DNA of 64,000 nt from the human T2T-CHM13v2.0 reference genome, Homo sapiens. The stretch lies in NCBI RefSeq assembly GCF_009914755.1, contig NC_060935.1, one strand, 5' to 3'. The notes beneath the pieces were generated by a model that searched no databases, was not told where the DNA came from, and saw nothing but the letters and a program-made list of their open reading frames with translations. Below are positions 32,895 through 47,137 of this stretch, piece after piece. The position numbers and the translations under genes are program-made. Each line of letters begins with the position of its first letter. Positions within the stretch are counted from its first letter, which is position 1.

Positions 32895-33299
32895 AAAATT
32901 ATTTTTTTAAGTTTCTTGTGATCAAATCTTAAGTAATATCAAATAATATTCACTTTGGCTTTTATAATATGTTGATTGAATGGTATTATATTCTTGTTTT
33001 GATTCATTTTCTTCGATTACTACTAAGGATTAATATTTTTCATATGTACATAATTTAATATTTTCATATTTACAATTTTCATTTGAAATAGAGGAAGCTT
33101 TTTATTTAGGCTTTTTTCAGTGACTTCAACTTATTACTCTTTAAATAGTATGTTGAGTACCTATAGCAATGGCAAATGTAGATTGTCCTCTACATAATGC
33201 TTTAAAAGCATTAAGGATTTATATGTAATATAACTAGGACCTAGTGAGGAGTACTAATTGCCTTTTTACCCACTAAATTCATGTTATTTATTATTTAAA

Positions 33300-33790
33300 G
33301 GCCATTTTCTCAAATTGCAAACACTTATTTAACTTTTTTTAAAAATTACCTCCCAAAGACACTGTACACAGGTAACCACAGTTACAGTTTAATGTATGTA
33401 TCCCTTCTTATTCTTTCCCATTTATCTAATATAGATAAATAAATACAATAGGGGAGATTGCAAATAAGTCATAGTACAGCCATTTGATAACTTATTTTTT
33501 CACTTAAGGATATATAATAATATTTCACCATATCAGTACATATAGAACCACCTCATTTTTTACTAGCTCCATAAGATTGTAAAATTATGTTATACAAGTT
33601 TTCTTAGGATTTGTGTTCAATTTTTCAATGTTACACATAGTATGGCAACAAACATCAGTTAATCCATCTTTCTGGCTTTGTGCATGTATACCGAAAAGAG
33701 AGATTCCCAGAAGTGAGATTACTGAGTTAGAGTGAATATGTATTTTAAGTTTTTAAATTTCTACCAAATTGCTCTCCAACCAAGACTGGT
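33300..33790 (-). mobile_element. Old L1ME-like fragment
   Basis: gattcccagaagtgagattactgagttagag..ccaaattgctctcca motif. Confidence 0.55.
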
Positions 33791-34799
33791 CACTCATGTT
33801 ATTATCTGCATTATGACTTTGTGAAAGGTCAGGTTGAAGAAGATTTGATAATAAACATATTATTATCCCAATTAAAGGACTTGAAAACTGCTTTTTTTTA
33901 AAAAAAAGAAAAGGGTCCAGTTCGATCTTCTCATTTTACAGAGATAGAAATTAAGAAAAAGTGAACTCTTCACAGTTATCCAATTAGATGTTTATGAATT
34001 ACTTTTATTCCAAACCGATTCATTAGCTCCCTACAAGGCAAAAAAAAAAAAAAAGTAATATTCCACATAAACAACTTTGGTTCTAATAAAGACATTTTAT
34101 TGTAGGTTGTCTTTCAGCATTGATAATGCATGATTCAATCTGGTTTAGATGTCTTTATTTATTGAGTCAGCGTATGATTAAAGGCAACTTTGAAAAGTCT
34201 CAGCTTTTCATTCAAACAACTTCTGACATTGGCTGGCCTTCCTTCCCAAAACTCATTCAAGATGACATGTAGCTCCTTTGATGATATTGGCACCCAGATC
34301 TGTTAACTTATTTAAGGAACTTTAATCGGATTAGCATGGGGTTTTTCCACCGAGACAGAAGAGAGACCTAATGTTTGTCTTATTCATAAATCCTGATAAA
34401 AGAGGGTTTTCAGAGGAATAGCAAATTTGATAAGTGATATTCAACAAGTAGTCTGCAGAGACTTTTTCTCAGAAACCAATATTTTAATGAAATATTTCAA
34501 TTCACTTTTATGTTTCTAAAGATGAACTAATCTTACATAACTACTTTCAGAGTTCTTCATTAAATTATATTTATTTTTTCATACAAGAGTTGAATCATTT
34601 GGCCAGATATAAATCCTGATATGGAAACTAGCATTTTGAAATTGATATAGTTATACCCAGTAAACATGCTCCTCAACTGCATTTAGTATGTAGGGCTCGC
34701 TCATTATGGAGTTGAAAATATATTTTGTTTCAAATACTCCATTGATAGCTCTTCACTGGTTTATTGGTTTCTCTTTTATATTCTGCCAACCAGCTGTAG

Positions 34800-35153
<354 letters not shown>

Positions 35154-35296
35154 TATTCTTCCTATTCTTGTCTTTCAAGAACTTAATCCTTATATAGATT
35201 CAGCCTTCACCTTTGCATAATATCCCAATCTGTATCTCCTAACCTTACCTCTCTCCAAGGCTCCCGAATGCATGGATAGAATTGTCCCAAACTCAA

Positions 35297-35558
<262 letters not shown>

Positions 35559-35954
35559 CATATTTTTTAAAAACCGGAATTGCCCCCAAAATCAGTAGTC
35601 TGGAATGGGGCTATCACATCTCATACCAGCATGACCTTCTTCCCTGCATTCCTAACTTTGTCAATGGAAAACATGTGTGAGGTCTCCTAAGTATGAAATA
35701 TTATGAAATATGATCTCCTTCTATCTCTGTCTCTATTCTTTACTTTCTAGCCAACTGGGTAATTTTGAGGTTTCTTTTGTAATGTTACCCATATATTCTA
35801 TTTACAATGCCACAACCTTTATTGAAGCTTCAGTCTACTTTTTAAAATTCCCATATAATCTATGGGGCCTTAAACTATGACTTTTTTTTTTACAATCTTC
35901 TACACATAAATGTTAGATTAATTTTCCCAAAATGTACTTTTAATAAATAGGGTT

Positions 35955-36251
35955 GGCTGGGTATGGTGACTCATGCCTGTAATCCCAGCACTTTGGGAGG
36001 CCGAGGCAGGCGGATCACGAGGTCAGGAGTTTGAGACCAGCCTAGCCAACATAGTAAAACCCCGCCTCTACTAAAAATACAAAAATTAGCCAGTCGTGGT
36101 GGCACATATCTCTAGTCCCAGCTACTTGGGAAGATGAGGCAGGAGAATCGCTTCAACCCAGGAGACGGAGGTTGCAGTAAGCTAAGATTGCGTCATTGCA
36201 CTCCAGCCTGGGCAACAAGAGCAAAACTCTGTCTCAAAATAAATAAGTAAA
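35955..36251 (+). mobile_element. AluS (Sg-like)
   Basis: Full dimer. Confidence 0.92.
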
Positions 36252-36299
36252 GGGTCTCTTTTTTAATGTCCTCCAGATGTAGTTAATAATTTAATGAGG

Positions 36300-36602
36300 G
36301 GCTGGGTGCCGTGGCTCACGCCTGTAATCCCAGCACTTTGGGAGGCTGAGGCAGGCCGATCACCTAAGGTCAGGAGTTCGAGACCAGCCTGGCCAATATG
36401 GTGAAATGTCTCTACTAAAAATTTAAATGTCTCTACTAAAACTGCAAAAATTAGCCAGACATGGTGGCACATGCCTGTAGTCCCAGCTACTCAGGAGGCT
36501 GAGGCAGGAGAATCACTTGAATCCAGGAGGTGGAGGTCGCAGTGAGCAGAGATGTCATCACTGCACTGTAGCCTGGGCAACAAGAGTGAAACTCCGTCTC
36601 TA

Positions 36603-36637
<35 letters not shown>
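36300..36637 (+). mobile_element. AluSx-like with an internal duplication and a (TAA)n tail
   Basis: aaatgtctctactaaaa duplicated; ~12 TAA units; TSD aatttaatga. Confidence 0.92.
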
Positions 36638-36640
<3 letters not shown>

Positions 36641-38522
36641 TTTAATGAAAAAGACAAAATTATTTAGTTTTGTTCACCATCACATGATTGAATTGCACTA
36701 CGTGTTTTCAGCTTTCTTATAATTATGCCTTTTCTGCATCTGCCTAGGGTTCTGTGAACAGGCTTCTCTAACCCCATTTTCCTCTCCTTCATCTCACAAA
36801 GTCTTTGTCTATTCTGATTTTACACTTCACTCATTATTTCTCACACCTGAAGTTACCTTGTAATTTCCTTGGTCTACCCAAATCCTTCTACTTTTGGAGT
36901 TCAGCTTGCTTTCCATCTTTAACTGAAGATATTTAGTTCAAATTTATTATGGCTTTTCTGAACATCTGGTCTTAGTCTCCTCAAAATCATTTTATCTGTT
37001 TTATCATGTTGATGGCACAATTGGCAAATCTAAATATCTTTCTGCAAAGACACAAAAGTGTTAGACAAGAAAAAACAATGAAGAGACCTGGATTCAAGTT
37101 TTCTCTCTGTGACTTCCAAGATGCACATCTCCTAATAATTCCCTTACACATACTGGGTCTCAGTTTGCTTATCTGTGAAATAAGGATTGGATTAGATCGT
37201 CCTCAAGGTTCCTTTCAGTTTACATTCCATAAACTTATATTTAAGGGGATTTCATACAATTTAGTACAGAATTCACTCAACCATTATAAAATACACTCTA
37301 CTATTATAAATGAAGTAGACTGCACATCATTATTCATTTATCTGGCAAGCAAGTTTATACTCTTATAAAAGTATTTAAGCAGATATTTTACAGAATTTTT
37401 TTTCTGTTATTACATAAAACTAATTTTATTCAATTGGCAGGCTACTTAAAAAGTGAGGTTAAATATATCATGTATCAATTGAATAAGCTTAGGCAACTTA
37501 TATTAAAATGAAAACAAAACCTTGTTAAATACAAGGTACTTTGTCAAACATTTGGGAACAGGGAAAAGAATACAGAAATGAATTCAAAGATATGGTATCC
37601 ACCGTTAAGGAACTGATTGTCTAATGAGGGAGGCAGAGAAATAAAGGAATTACTATAATTATGGGCAGAAAAAGTTGTTGATTGCTACCACTTGCTGAAT
37701 ACTTACTATGAACCAGGATCTATCCCAGGGATTTAGCATGCACAAAAGCTAAACAGCCTATGCACATTTTTATTTTTACAGCATTTCAAGGTAGTTCTTA
37801 TTATTATTTCTATTTTGCAGGAGAAAGAAAAACTGAGGTCAGAGTTTTTAATCTCCCTAAGTTCATATAGTTAGAGTGATGGGAATGTAGTCTCCACTGC
37901 ATTTTACTAGGTAACATTTCAGGATTGCACACATTTCCATAGAAAAGCTTTTTTAATAGGAATGATTGTTCCTAAGTGGAGGTGTCACTTAAAAAGTTGT
38001 CTTTCTAAGAGTTGAATCATAAGAGTAGACTTTCCATTGACTTGTTAGATAAAGAAGGCATTCTAGACACAGACAACAGGCTGAGCAGAGGTTAGAAAGG
38101 ATAGGTTATGCTCAATAATTCCGGTGATTTAGCATGCCTATGAAAAAGATCAGAGTGAGCAAAGGAAAAGGTACAGCCTCCGAGTTTGGGGGTGCAGAAT
38201 ATTAGAAGAGTGTGTTACCCACCCTAGGAAAATGTAATTGGAAAATCTGTCCATTCTAAGCTGTTTCAAAGATGACAGCTAAATCAGCTTGCATAACAGT
38301 GAATAGAACCTACCCACCTGCTTAGTTTCTAATGCAATTTACTGAAAATTGTATCTTCCTACACACTTCTTCAGAACTAATTTGGCCTATATCAGATAGT
38401 AGTTATACTGCAGCTATAGTCAACATGAAAAGCTCTTCTTTTCCATGATAATTTTCTACTCTCTTTCTGGTCTACTGAGTTTCTGAGCAATTTTTATTTT
38501 TCTCTTTTGTTCTCTCTCACAG

Positions 38523-38597
38523 GTCTGCAAAAGTTGTGCTTTTCTCATCGTGAGCTTGAGAAGAGTGTGTGGGCTGCCAAAGGCAAATATAATGAAG
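38523..38597 (+). CDS. ANO3: Alternative upstream ANO3 exon, 75 nt, phase 1-1 (xLQKLCFSHRELEKSVWAAKGKYNE-G)
   Basis: Long pyrimidine tract tttctcttttgttctctctcacag|, consensus donor GAAG|gtgagt, and an open frame ending in the same phase as canonical exon 1. Consistent with a longer N-terminal ANO3 isoform that I recall. Confidence 0.75.
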
Positions 38598-40720
38598 GTG
38601 AGTCTTGGGGATGGTGTTTCAAGAGCTCCCACCAACTCTGTTCTTCAATATAATGTGGTAGCAACTCCAGAGTCTTTACGGGGGGGTGAAAATTTAACGC
38701 AAATTTAGTCTCATGTTAATAATTACCATATGTGACATTTAGCTCATCATGCACTTTGCAAAGCATATTCACATATGTAATTTATTTTTATCCTAAGCTT
38801 CTAATAAAAACGCATTTACTTATAAATGTCTCATACAAGAGCTCACATACAAAAACATTTGCACCATTTAAGAAAGTATTTACCTTCCAAAATAACTGTG
38901 CAATCTCAGTAAGCATTAATAAATTAATCAGCAAAAGGCCCTACACAAATCATTTGATATACACATACTTACATTACATACTTTTAAAAAAGGTAATGTA
39001 GATTTTATATGATAATCATTTATATATGTGCAAAGATAGCTACATATATAAAATAGCAAACAGCCATAAAATCCCTGAATAGTTAGCAATAAACCAACCT
39101 ATAATAGATGAAATCAGATAAATGCAAAATGTACTTAGCAGTCAACTTCTTTTTGAGGCCCGCTTTTCAAGAGAGAGAGCAATTCTATTGGTTAACCAAT
39201 TGATTGGTTATTGGTTAACTGAGTTAATCAATTACATTATCAAGGTTAGACGGAGAATAGATCATTCAGAAGGTAGCTATTCACATGAGAAAACATAAAA
39301 TAGAGAGTTAAACATTGGCCATACTTGCAGGAGAATTTTTTCATAGAAGAGTTTACTTTAGTCCAAGAGTTCCTTCTGCCTGAATACCAAACTGAGAGGT
39401 GTACATTGGACTACCATAGCCTAATGCTATTAACTTTTTAAATCATATGACTGACTCGCCTTGCCTTGATTCTGGCATAAATCTCTGGTTTCACTGTTTT
39501 CTAGTCTGCACCCATGTGTGTGTTGTGTGAATATGTGTGTTTTGGAAATGTATGTGCTACATAGACACTATAACTGCCAGTCCCCACAGCAGTACTATTT
39601 TTCATGACATAAGAATAATTTTATTAGTATTATATTGGTATTATAGTATATTCTGTGAACTTGTTTACCATGAGTCTACCTTAGGAAAAGCTTCTGCTTC
39701 CTTCTGCCAAAGTCAGATTTCGGAGACGGTAACTGAAGATCAATCTCTCACCATACACACAGTAAAAGCCACTTGGGATGCCTAGAAGCAACTGGTAAAC
39801 CAGATTTTCTCTGGCATAAACTTTGCTATTATTTTTTTTCTTTACTATTTTATCCCTCATTGCTTTGCCTCTAAATGGCTTTCTCATATTAAATAATACA
39901 TACAGGTCATTATCAGAAGTTTCTTCATACTCAAAGAAAGGTGGTTTACGGAATGGAAATTAGAAAGGAGAAATGGGGAATCAATGAAGTGAGTAAAAAC
40001 AGATTCTGGGATAACATTAAGGACAATGAGAATATTCAAAGAAATTGGTATTTATGAAATTATTCTTATGTGTCAGGTACTGTATTTGGTTCATTGACTA
40101 AGTCTATTGTGTGGATTTATTGACTCTTCCCAACAACTCTATGAGGCCAGTGCTACTACTAGGATTAGATGAATGAGGACTAGACATGTGAAGTAACGAG
40201 TAACTAGTGTTCTAGCTGCTTCTGCCCTCACGAAGGCCTGACCGGGACTTGAACCCACATCTGTCTCCTGAAGAGACAGAGCTCTTCATGATTCACAGAT
40301 ATTGGCATAAGCCTTGAAACTAGTGAAATATAAAATTCCCATTGACTATGAAATTTAGGATTAGAATTGTTAGAAAGCAGTATTTTTACGTTGTCTCCAG
40401 ACCTGTCCTAGAAAACATATACTCACATGATAGGTCACCCAACTTCTGTGTGTAGGTGAAGATATTACTAAAGAGGAGAAGGATAAGTTGCTAGGCAGCT
40501 CTAAGTTGACTTTTCAAAAACAATTCACAGTTTTACAGAGGTCCTTAGTTTTATTGAAAGCCCATGACTGCTGTGTACAGTAGAGCACCAATTATCTCCT
40601 GTACTCTGATATGTCTTTCTGTCTTAATTTAAGCCAAATTTTTAACTGTGGGGAGATTCATGTGAGTTTTCTAGGGAATTGATCCATATTTCCCTCTTAA
40701 CTGATTAAAAGCCTTCTCTT

Positions 40721-41741
40721 GTTTTTTAAAAAACTTTTTATTATACTTTAAGTTCTAGGGTACATGTGCACAATGTGCAGGTTTGTTAAATACGTATACA
40801 TGTGCCACGTTGGTGTGCTGCACCCATTAACTGGTCATTTACATTAGGTATATCTCCTAATTCTATCCCTCCGCTCTCCCCCAACCCCACAACAGGCCCC
40901 GGTGTGTGATGTTCCCCACCCGGTGTCCAAGTATTCTCACAATTCCCACCTATGAGTGAGAGCATGCAGTGTTTGGTTTTCTGTCCTTGCGATAGTTTGC
41001 TCAGAATGATGGTTTCCAGTTTCATCCATGTTCCTACAAAGGACATGAACTCATCCTTTTTTATGGCTGCATAGTATTCCATGGTGTATATGTGCCACAT
41101 TTTCTTAATCCAGTCTATCATTGATGGACATTTGGGTTGGTTCCAAGTCTTTGCTATTGTGAATAGTGCTGAAATAAACATGCGTTTGCATGTGTCTTTA
41201 TAGCAGCATGATTTGTAATCCTTTGGGCATATACCCAGTAATGGGATGGCTGGGTCAAATGATATTTCTAGTTCTGGATCCTTGAGGAATTGCCACATTG
41301 TCTTCCACAATGGTTGAACTAGTTTACAGTCCCACCAACAGTGTAAAAGTGTTCCTATTTCTCCACATCCTCTCCAGCACCTGTTGTTTCTTGACTTTTT
41401 AATGATCACCATTCTAACTGGTGTGAGATGGTATCTCATTATGGTTTTGATTTGCATTTCTCTGATGGTCAGTGATGATGAGAATTTTTTCATGTGTCTG
41501 TTGGCTGCATAAATGTCTTGTTTTGAGAAGTGTCTGTTCATATCATTCACCCACTTTTTGATGGGGTTGAATTTTCCTGTAAATTTGTTTAAGTTATTTG
41601 TAGATTCTGGATATTAGCCCTTTGTCAGATAGGTAGATTGTAAAAATTTTCTCCCATTCTGTAGTTTGCCTGTTCACTCTGATGGTAGTTTCTTTTGCTG
41701 TGCAGAGGCTCTTTAGTTTAATTAGATCTCATTTGTCAATT
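40721..41741 (-). mobile_element. 5'-truncated L1PA (young primate) 3' end
   Basis: ORF 40786-41550 is the ORF2 C-terminus ([18 protein letters not shown]); TSD aaa(g/a)..cttctctt on both sides. Confidence 0.95.
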
Positions 41742-42281
41742 TCGAAAGGCTTCTCTTCTTTTAGCACAGATCTTATTTTCATGAACATGGTAAATAATTA
41801 AATATCATGTAAATATACTATTCCATCATTTGCTTTGGAAATTCTGTTTAAATGAATTCCAAATTCTTCAGAGAGAGTGTACTTTAATCTTTATTGTTTC
41901 AAATCAGTTGTTCCTATTGCTGTTTTGTTCTTATAATGCAACCTAGAAAGATCCAATCTTTGCACAAGTCATTTTATTCGTTGGATAAAAGGTGAGTACC
42001 TAGCATATCGATGCAAAATATATTTTGTACCTAGCATATCAGTACAAAATATGTTCAATAGAGTGTCTTCTTTTCTTAGGACATGTGTCCATTCATTTAT
42101 TCATTTATTGCACCATTGCTGTGAATCTTTTTTGTAACAGACACTGAGCAAAGTGTGAGAGTACATGAAAAGGCTCTGAAAAGAACATTGGATTCAAAAT
42201 TAGAAGAATCAATATTAAATTAGGTGCAGTAACGTAATTTCTTAGAGTCTCTTAATTTTTATTAGAAAAATACAGGTGATA

Positions 42282-42592
<311 letters not shown>

Positions 42593-44522
42593 TTACAGGT
42601 GATAATACATAGTTCACAAATGTAGATTATGTGTAAGTACTGGAAGAGTTACTGAATTAGAAAACAATTTGTTAAATGCTATGTAAATGTATGCTTTTTG
42701 TGATTACATTATAACAAAAAGTCTTAATATTTAAATGAAATTAAATATTATAATATAATATAATATAATATAATAAAAAGAGAGTACCTAAAAAAGAAAG
42801 AGATAGAGACAGAAGTGAGCATGACTGCCAGGGTTTTTCTCAACATGAAAAGTTCAGTAGAAGAAAAATGCATAAGTGCTTATAATAAAAGGCAATACAT
42901 GTTTGTCCCTAGAGAGGAATACAGTGTTGTGGGCCCACAATGGAGAGAGAGTTTAATTTCAATGTGGCAAATTCAGTAAGGCCTTATCAAGAGAGTAGCC
43001 TTTATACCAGGCCTTGAAATGGAAATTGCTCGCCAGCATGCCATGTTTTCCGTCTTATAAGACAGCTGAGAAGAGGGGTTATAGAGCTATTACTGCACGG
43101 CAATCATCTTCCTGGACTTTTGAGTCCGATTATCTGCATACAAATCTTAGTTATGCATTTTCCAGCTGCATGATTTTACATATGTTACTTAATTCAACTG
43201 TTTCCCAATTTCCTCATTTATAAATTTGTGAAAACATTACTGATCTTATAAAGATAGTATTAGGATTGAGATAAGTGCTTAGCATACTAAAAATCTCATT
43301 AAATATTAGTTGCTGTTATTCTACTCATTACTGCTTTTTCATTGTAAATGGGGTAATATACAAAATTCCTGTGGCCAAAAATGGATTGGCGAGGATGCTG
43401 TGGAGAGATGTGAGGCAGTGCCCTATGATTATAAGTGAGAAAGGCAAGTCAGCCAACCTTCCCCTCCTTCTTTTTCTTTCTTTGTCTTCTTCTGTATATT
43501 AGTTTCTAGAACCAGGTTTGTCTGGAGCCTCTTGCTGTCATCCCACTCTGTTGGGCAAAGATGTTGGTCCTTCCTCTCTTTGAGACCCCAGGGTCTCAGG
43601 GCTCAGGAAACATAATAAATATGTGAAATAATGATAAATTGATCCAAGTCAGATTAGTAATGACTTAATAGGTTTTTCTCTTATCTCTATTTTCAACAAG
43701 AGGTGTTCAGTAAATGTGAGTCAAAGAAGCAAGATATAAAGACTTTATCTGGGTAATCTAATCAACCTCCCAAACTGAGAAGCATGCTCCATTAATATAG
43801 ACCCTTCTCCATCATCATCAAGCCATTCAGCATTGCATAGTTATGTGTAGTTGATAAGTTATATTGTTATTGCTGGGTTTAATCCCAATAGTTTTATGAG
43901 TAAATATTATTGTTTTTATTTTACATCTAATATTTTCTTTCCATAAATCCTAGGTAGGTCTATATTATGTATATTCTCAGAAAAAAAAAACAGCTGTAGA
44001 TGATTACATCTATGTATGGCATTCAGATGAAGAGCAATTCATCTTGTTTTCTATCAGTCCAAAAATATCTGTGTATTACCTATTATTTCCTATCTAATTA
44101 TCAGTCCATAAAAATCCACTTCGGGTGAGCAGCTCAGAGTCCATCCTCTTTTTCTAGACTCCAGTGATTTCCCCTCAATTCTCCTCAGTTTTTCTAATCT
44201 TCTGCTCTCCATCTTGTTTCTGGCAGCACTCTGAAAGTCTCTGCTGCAAGTTGCTGGGAGGAGATTTACCTGAAGCTTAGAATATCTAATGCTTTCAGGG
44301 TCTAGGCAGAACATGTGGGTGAATTAGGCAGGCAGTCCATGCTATCCCTTGGGGAAGAATAAATATAATTAACCCTCAAATTTAGGAGAAGTATAATGAA
44401 CTAGAGATAAAATTAGAAAGAATTGACTGTTCAGTTCTACTTGATCGTTGACAAGTGGGAATAAAGTTTCACTTTTAAGAGATATTCTCTTTTTTTTTTC
44501 AAGAGAAATTGCAAATCTGGAC

Positions 44523-44627
44523 CTATCTATCTGTCTGTCTATCTATCTATCTATCTATCTATCTATCCATCTATCTATCTATCTATCTATCTACCTACCT
44601 ACCTATCTACCTACCTACCTAGCTATC
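44523..44627. repeat. Compound (TATC)n/(TACC)n tetranucleotide repeat
   Basis: Seen directly. Confidence 0.95.
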
Positions 44628-44973
44628 TCACTTTAGAATATTGGAGATGCTTTTGAATCATTTAAATAAATATTCTGTAGACCAAATAAGACAACCCAAA
44701 AGCCAGATTTGTCTCATGTTCATCAACTTAAAACCACTGCCTTATAACCTTAAAATGTTTGATAGAGGGAAAGATAAACAAAACATAGCCCTATTAATAT
44801 TGACTCTACCTCATAGAGTAATTAATTAATTATGCCAATTATGTCTCCACTCTTTTACTAAAGACCTATCCTCTCCACTGGGGTTGAGGGTGAGAACAGA
44901 AGGGGTAAATAGGAAATAGAATTATCTCCTACTACACACAAATGAGGTATGTGTTTGTGGCTGCATATTTACC

Positions 44974-45994
44974 CTAGATGTGGTCTGCATAGTTCCCAGT
45001 TATTGCGGGATCTGGCCAGCAGCCCTTAATGCAATGGGGCTCTTTCTTTGTTCCCAGGCAGATCTGCAGGTCGAGAAATAAAAGACACACACAAGATAGT
45101 GAAAGCTGGGTCCAGGGGTGTCACCGCCTTCTGGTCCTGCGATGCCACCAATGCACTGGATATACCAGCATTTATTCAGTTTAGTGAGGGCAGGGGTAGG
45201 TTAGTGAGGGATTTAGGGTCATTTGATTATGAGGTGAGATGGTCCCATGGGATGAAGTAATTCTTTAACATATCATCGGTATGCATAAGTACAGTATACA
45301 GAGATAAGAATTTACAATATAGTGTGTGCATCAGCAATTTCTAACAGAGCCTTAAAACAGAAACACAGTCTATCCATAAGCTATTTTTAGTAAGACACTA
45401 ATCAGTAGTAATAATTGCAGCAAAAGCTGGTTGCAAACAATCAATAGAAGCAGGAAGTGAAACTAGACAACCGGTTAGACCACAAATTCTCAGAAGGGAG
45501 TATGTCTTAACCCTAAAGAGACCTACAAGAGCCGTGGCAAGGTAAGTGTGTTTATAGCCCTATCTTATCCATATGAACAGGTGCCCCCTCATGTGTCCGT
45601 TTATAGACTCTCCACAAGGGTCGCATTCCATCCCCAGAGCTATGAACATCTGCTTTTCTGGGATAGGAATCTTGGTGATGTGAAACCTCACTGACTGCAT
45701 GTCCGTTCATAGGCTCTCTGCAGGGGGAAGCACATCACGCAGTGTTGGCTCATTCTGGCAGCCCAACCTTGCATTGTCTTTACACAATCCTACATGCAAC
45801 TTTGTATTTACAATAATCAGGAGCATTTCATCTTTTATTCCATAGCAATAGTTTCAGGGGGTCCCCCTACACCTAGTTGGCCAGAGACAATCCTTATTTA
45901 TGCCTGTGGTCGCATTCAGTGTAATAACTAATAGCAATCCCTTTCATGTTCAAAGGTATGCCTGTTAGGAAAATAAATTATAAGGTAACACTAG
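44974..45994 (-). mobile_element. MER94-like hAT element split by the LTR
   Basis: Flanks rejoin into the reverse of agggtgaccatataatttatcgtccaaacc..ctattaataattac. Confidence 0.5.
45001..45871 (-). mobile_element. Solo LTR of the HERV-K(HML) group, MER11D-like (HML-7)
   Basis: Minus strand runs tgtagggggacccc..tgaaactattgctatggaataaaagatg to ..ccagatcccgcaata; ~870 bp; 6-bp TSD cccagt/cctagt. Confidence 0.75.
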
Positions 45995-46172
45995 TTCTGG
46001 GTAGCACACTGTCGTAGCTAGTCTCAGTGTGAAATAACATGGATGCAGAGGGACAGGTAAAAAATTGCTAGGTGCTATACGAGATAAGTTGTTACAGAGT
46101 TCAGACTCAAGGTCAGGTTCACCTATTCAGAATGCTTCCTACAATCCAGGCTGTTTTGAAATGTATATTAAG

Positions 46173-47137
46173 AGCTGGCAGAAACTATCATCAGAGTGAG
46201 CAGGCAACCTACAGAATGGGAGAAAATTTTTGCAATCTATCCATCTGACAAAGGGCTAATATCCAGGATCTACAAGGAACTTAAATAAATTTACAAGAAA
46301 AAAAAAACAACCCCATCAAAAAGTCGGCAAAGGATATGAACAGACACTTCTCAAAAGAAGACATTTATGCGGCCAACAAACATGAAAAAAGCTCATCATC
46401 ACTGGTCATTACAGAAACGCAAATCAAAACCACAATGAGGTACCATCTCATGCCAGTCAGAATGGTGATCATTAAACAGTCAGGAAACAACAGATGCTGG
46501 AGAGGATGTGAAGAAATAGGAACGCTTTTACACTGTTGGTAGGGGTGTAAATTAGTTCAACCATTGTGGAAGACAGTGTGGAGATTCCTCAAGGATCTAG
46601 AACCAGAAATACCATTTGACCCAGCAATCCCATTACTGGGTATATACCCAAAGGATTATAAATCATGTGACTATAAAGACACATGCACACGTATGTTTAT
46701 TGCAGCACTGTTCACAATAGCAAAGACTTGGAACCAACCCAAATGCCCATCAATGATAGACTGCATAAAGAAAATGTGGCAGATATACACCATTGAATAC
46801 TATGCATCCATAAAAAAGGATGAGTTCATGTCCTTTGCAGGCACATGGATGAAGCTGGAAACCATCATTCTCAGCAAACTAACACAAGAACAGAAAACCA
46901 AACACCACATGTTCTCACTCATAAGTGGGAGTTGAACAATGACATGGACACAGGGAGGGGAACATCACACACCAGGGCCTGTCAGGGAGTTGGGGGCTAG
47001 GGGAGGGATAGCATTAGGAGAAATACCTAATGTAGATGACAGGTTGATGGGTGCCGCAAACCACCGCAGCACGTGTATAACTATGTAACAAACCTGCATG
47101 TTCTGCACATGTACCCCAGAACTTAAAGTATAATTAA
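46173..47137 (+). mobile_element. 5'-truncated L1PA (PA7/8-like) 3' end
   Basis: ORF2 C-terminal ORFs 46336-46935; TSD aaatgtatattaag (46159-46172 / 47138-47151). Confidence 0.95.
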
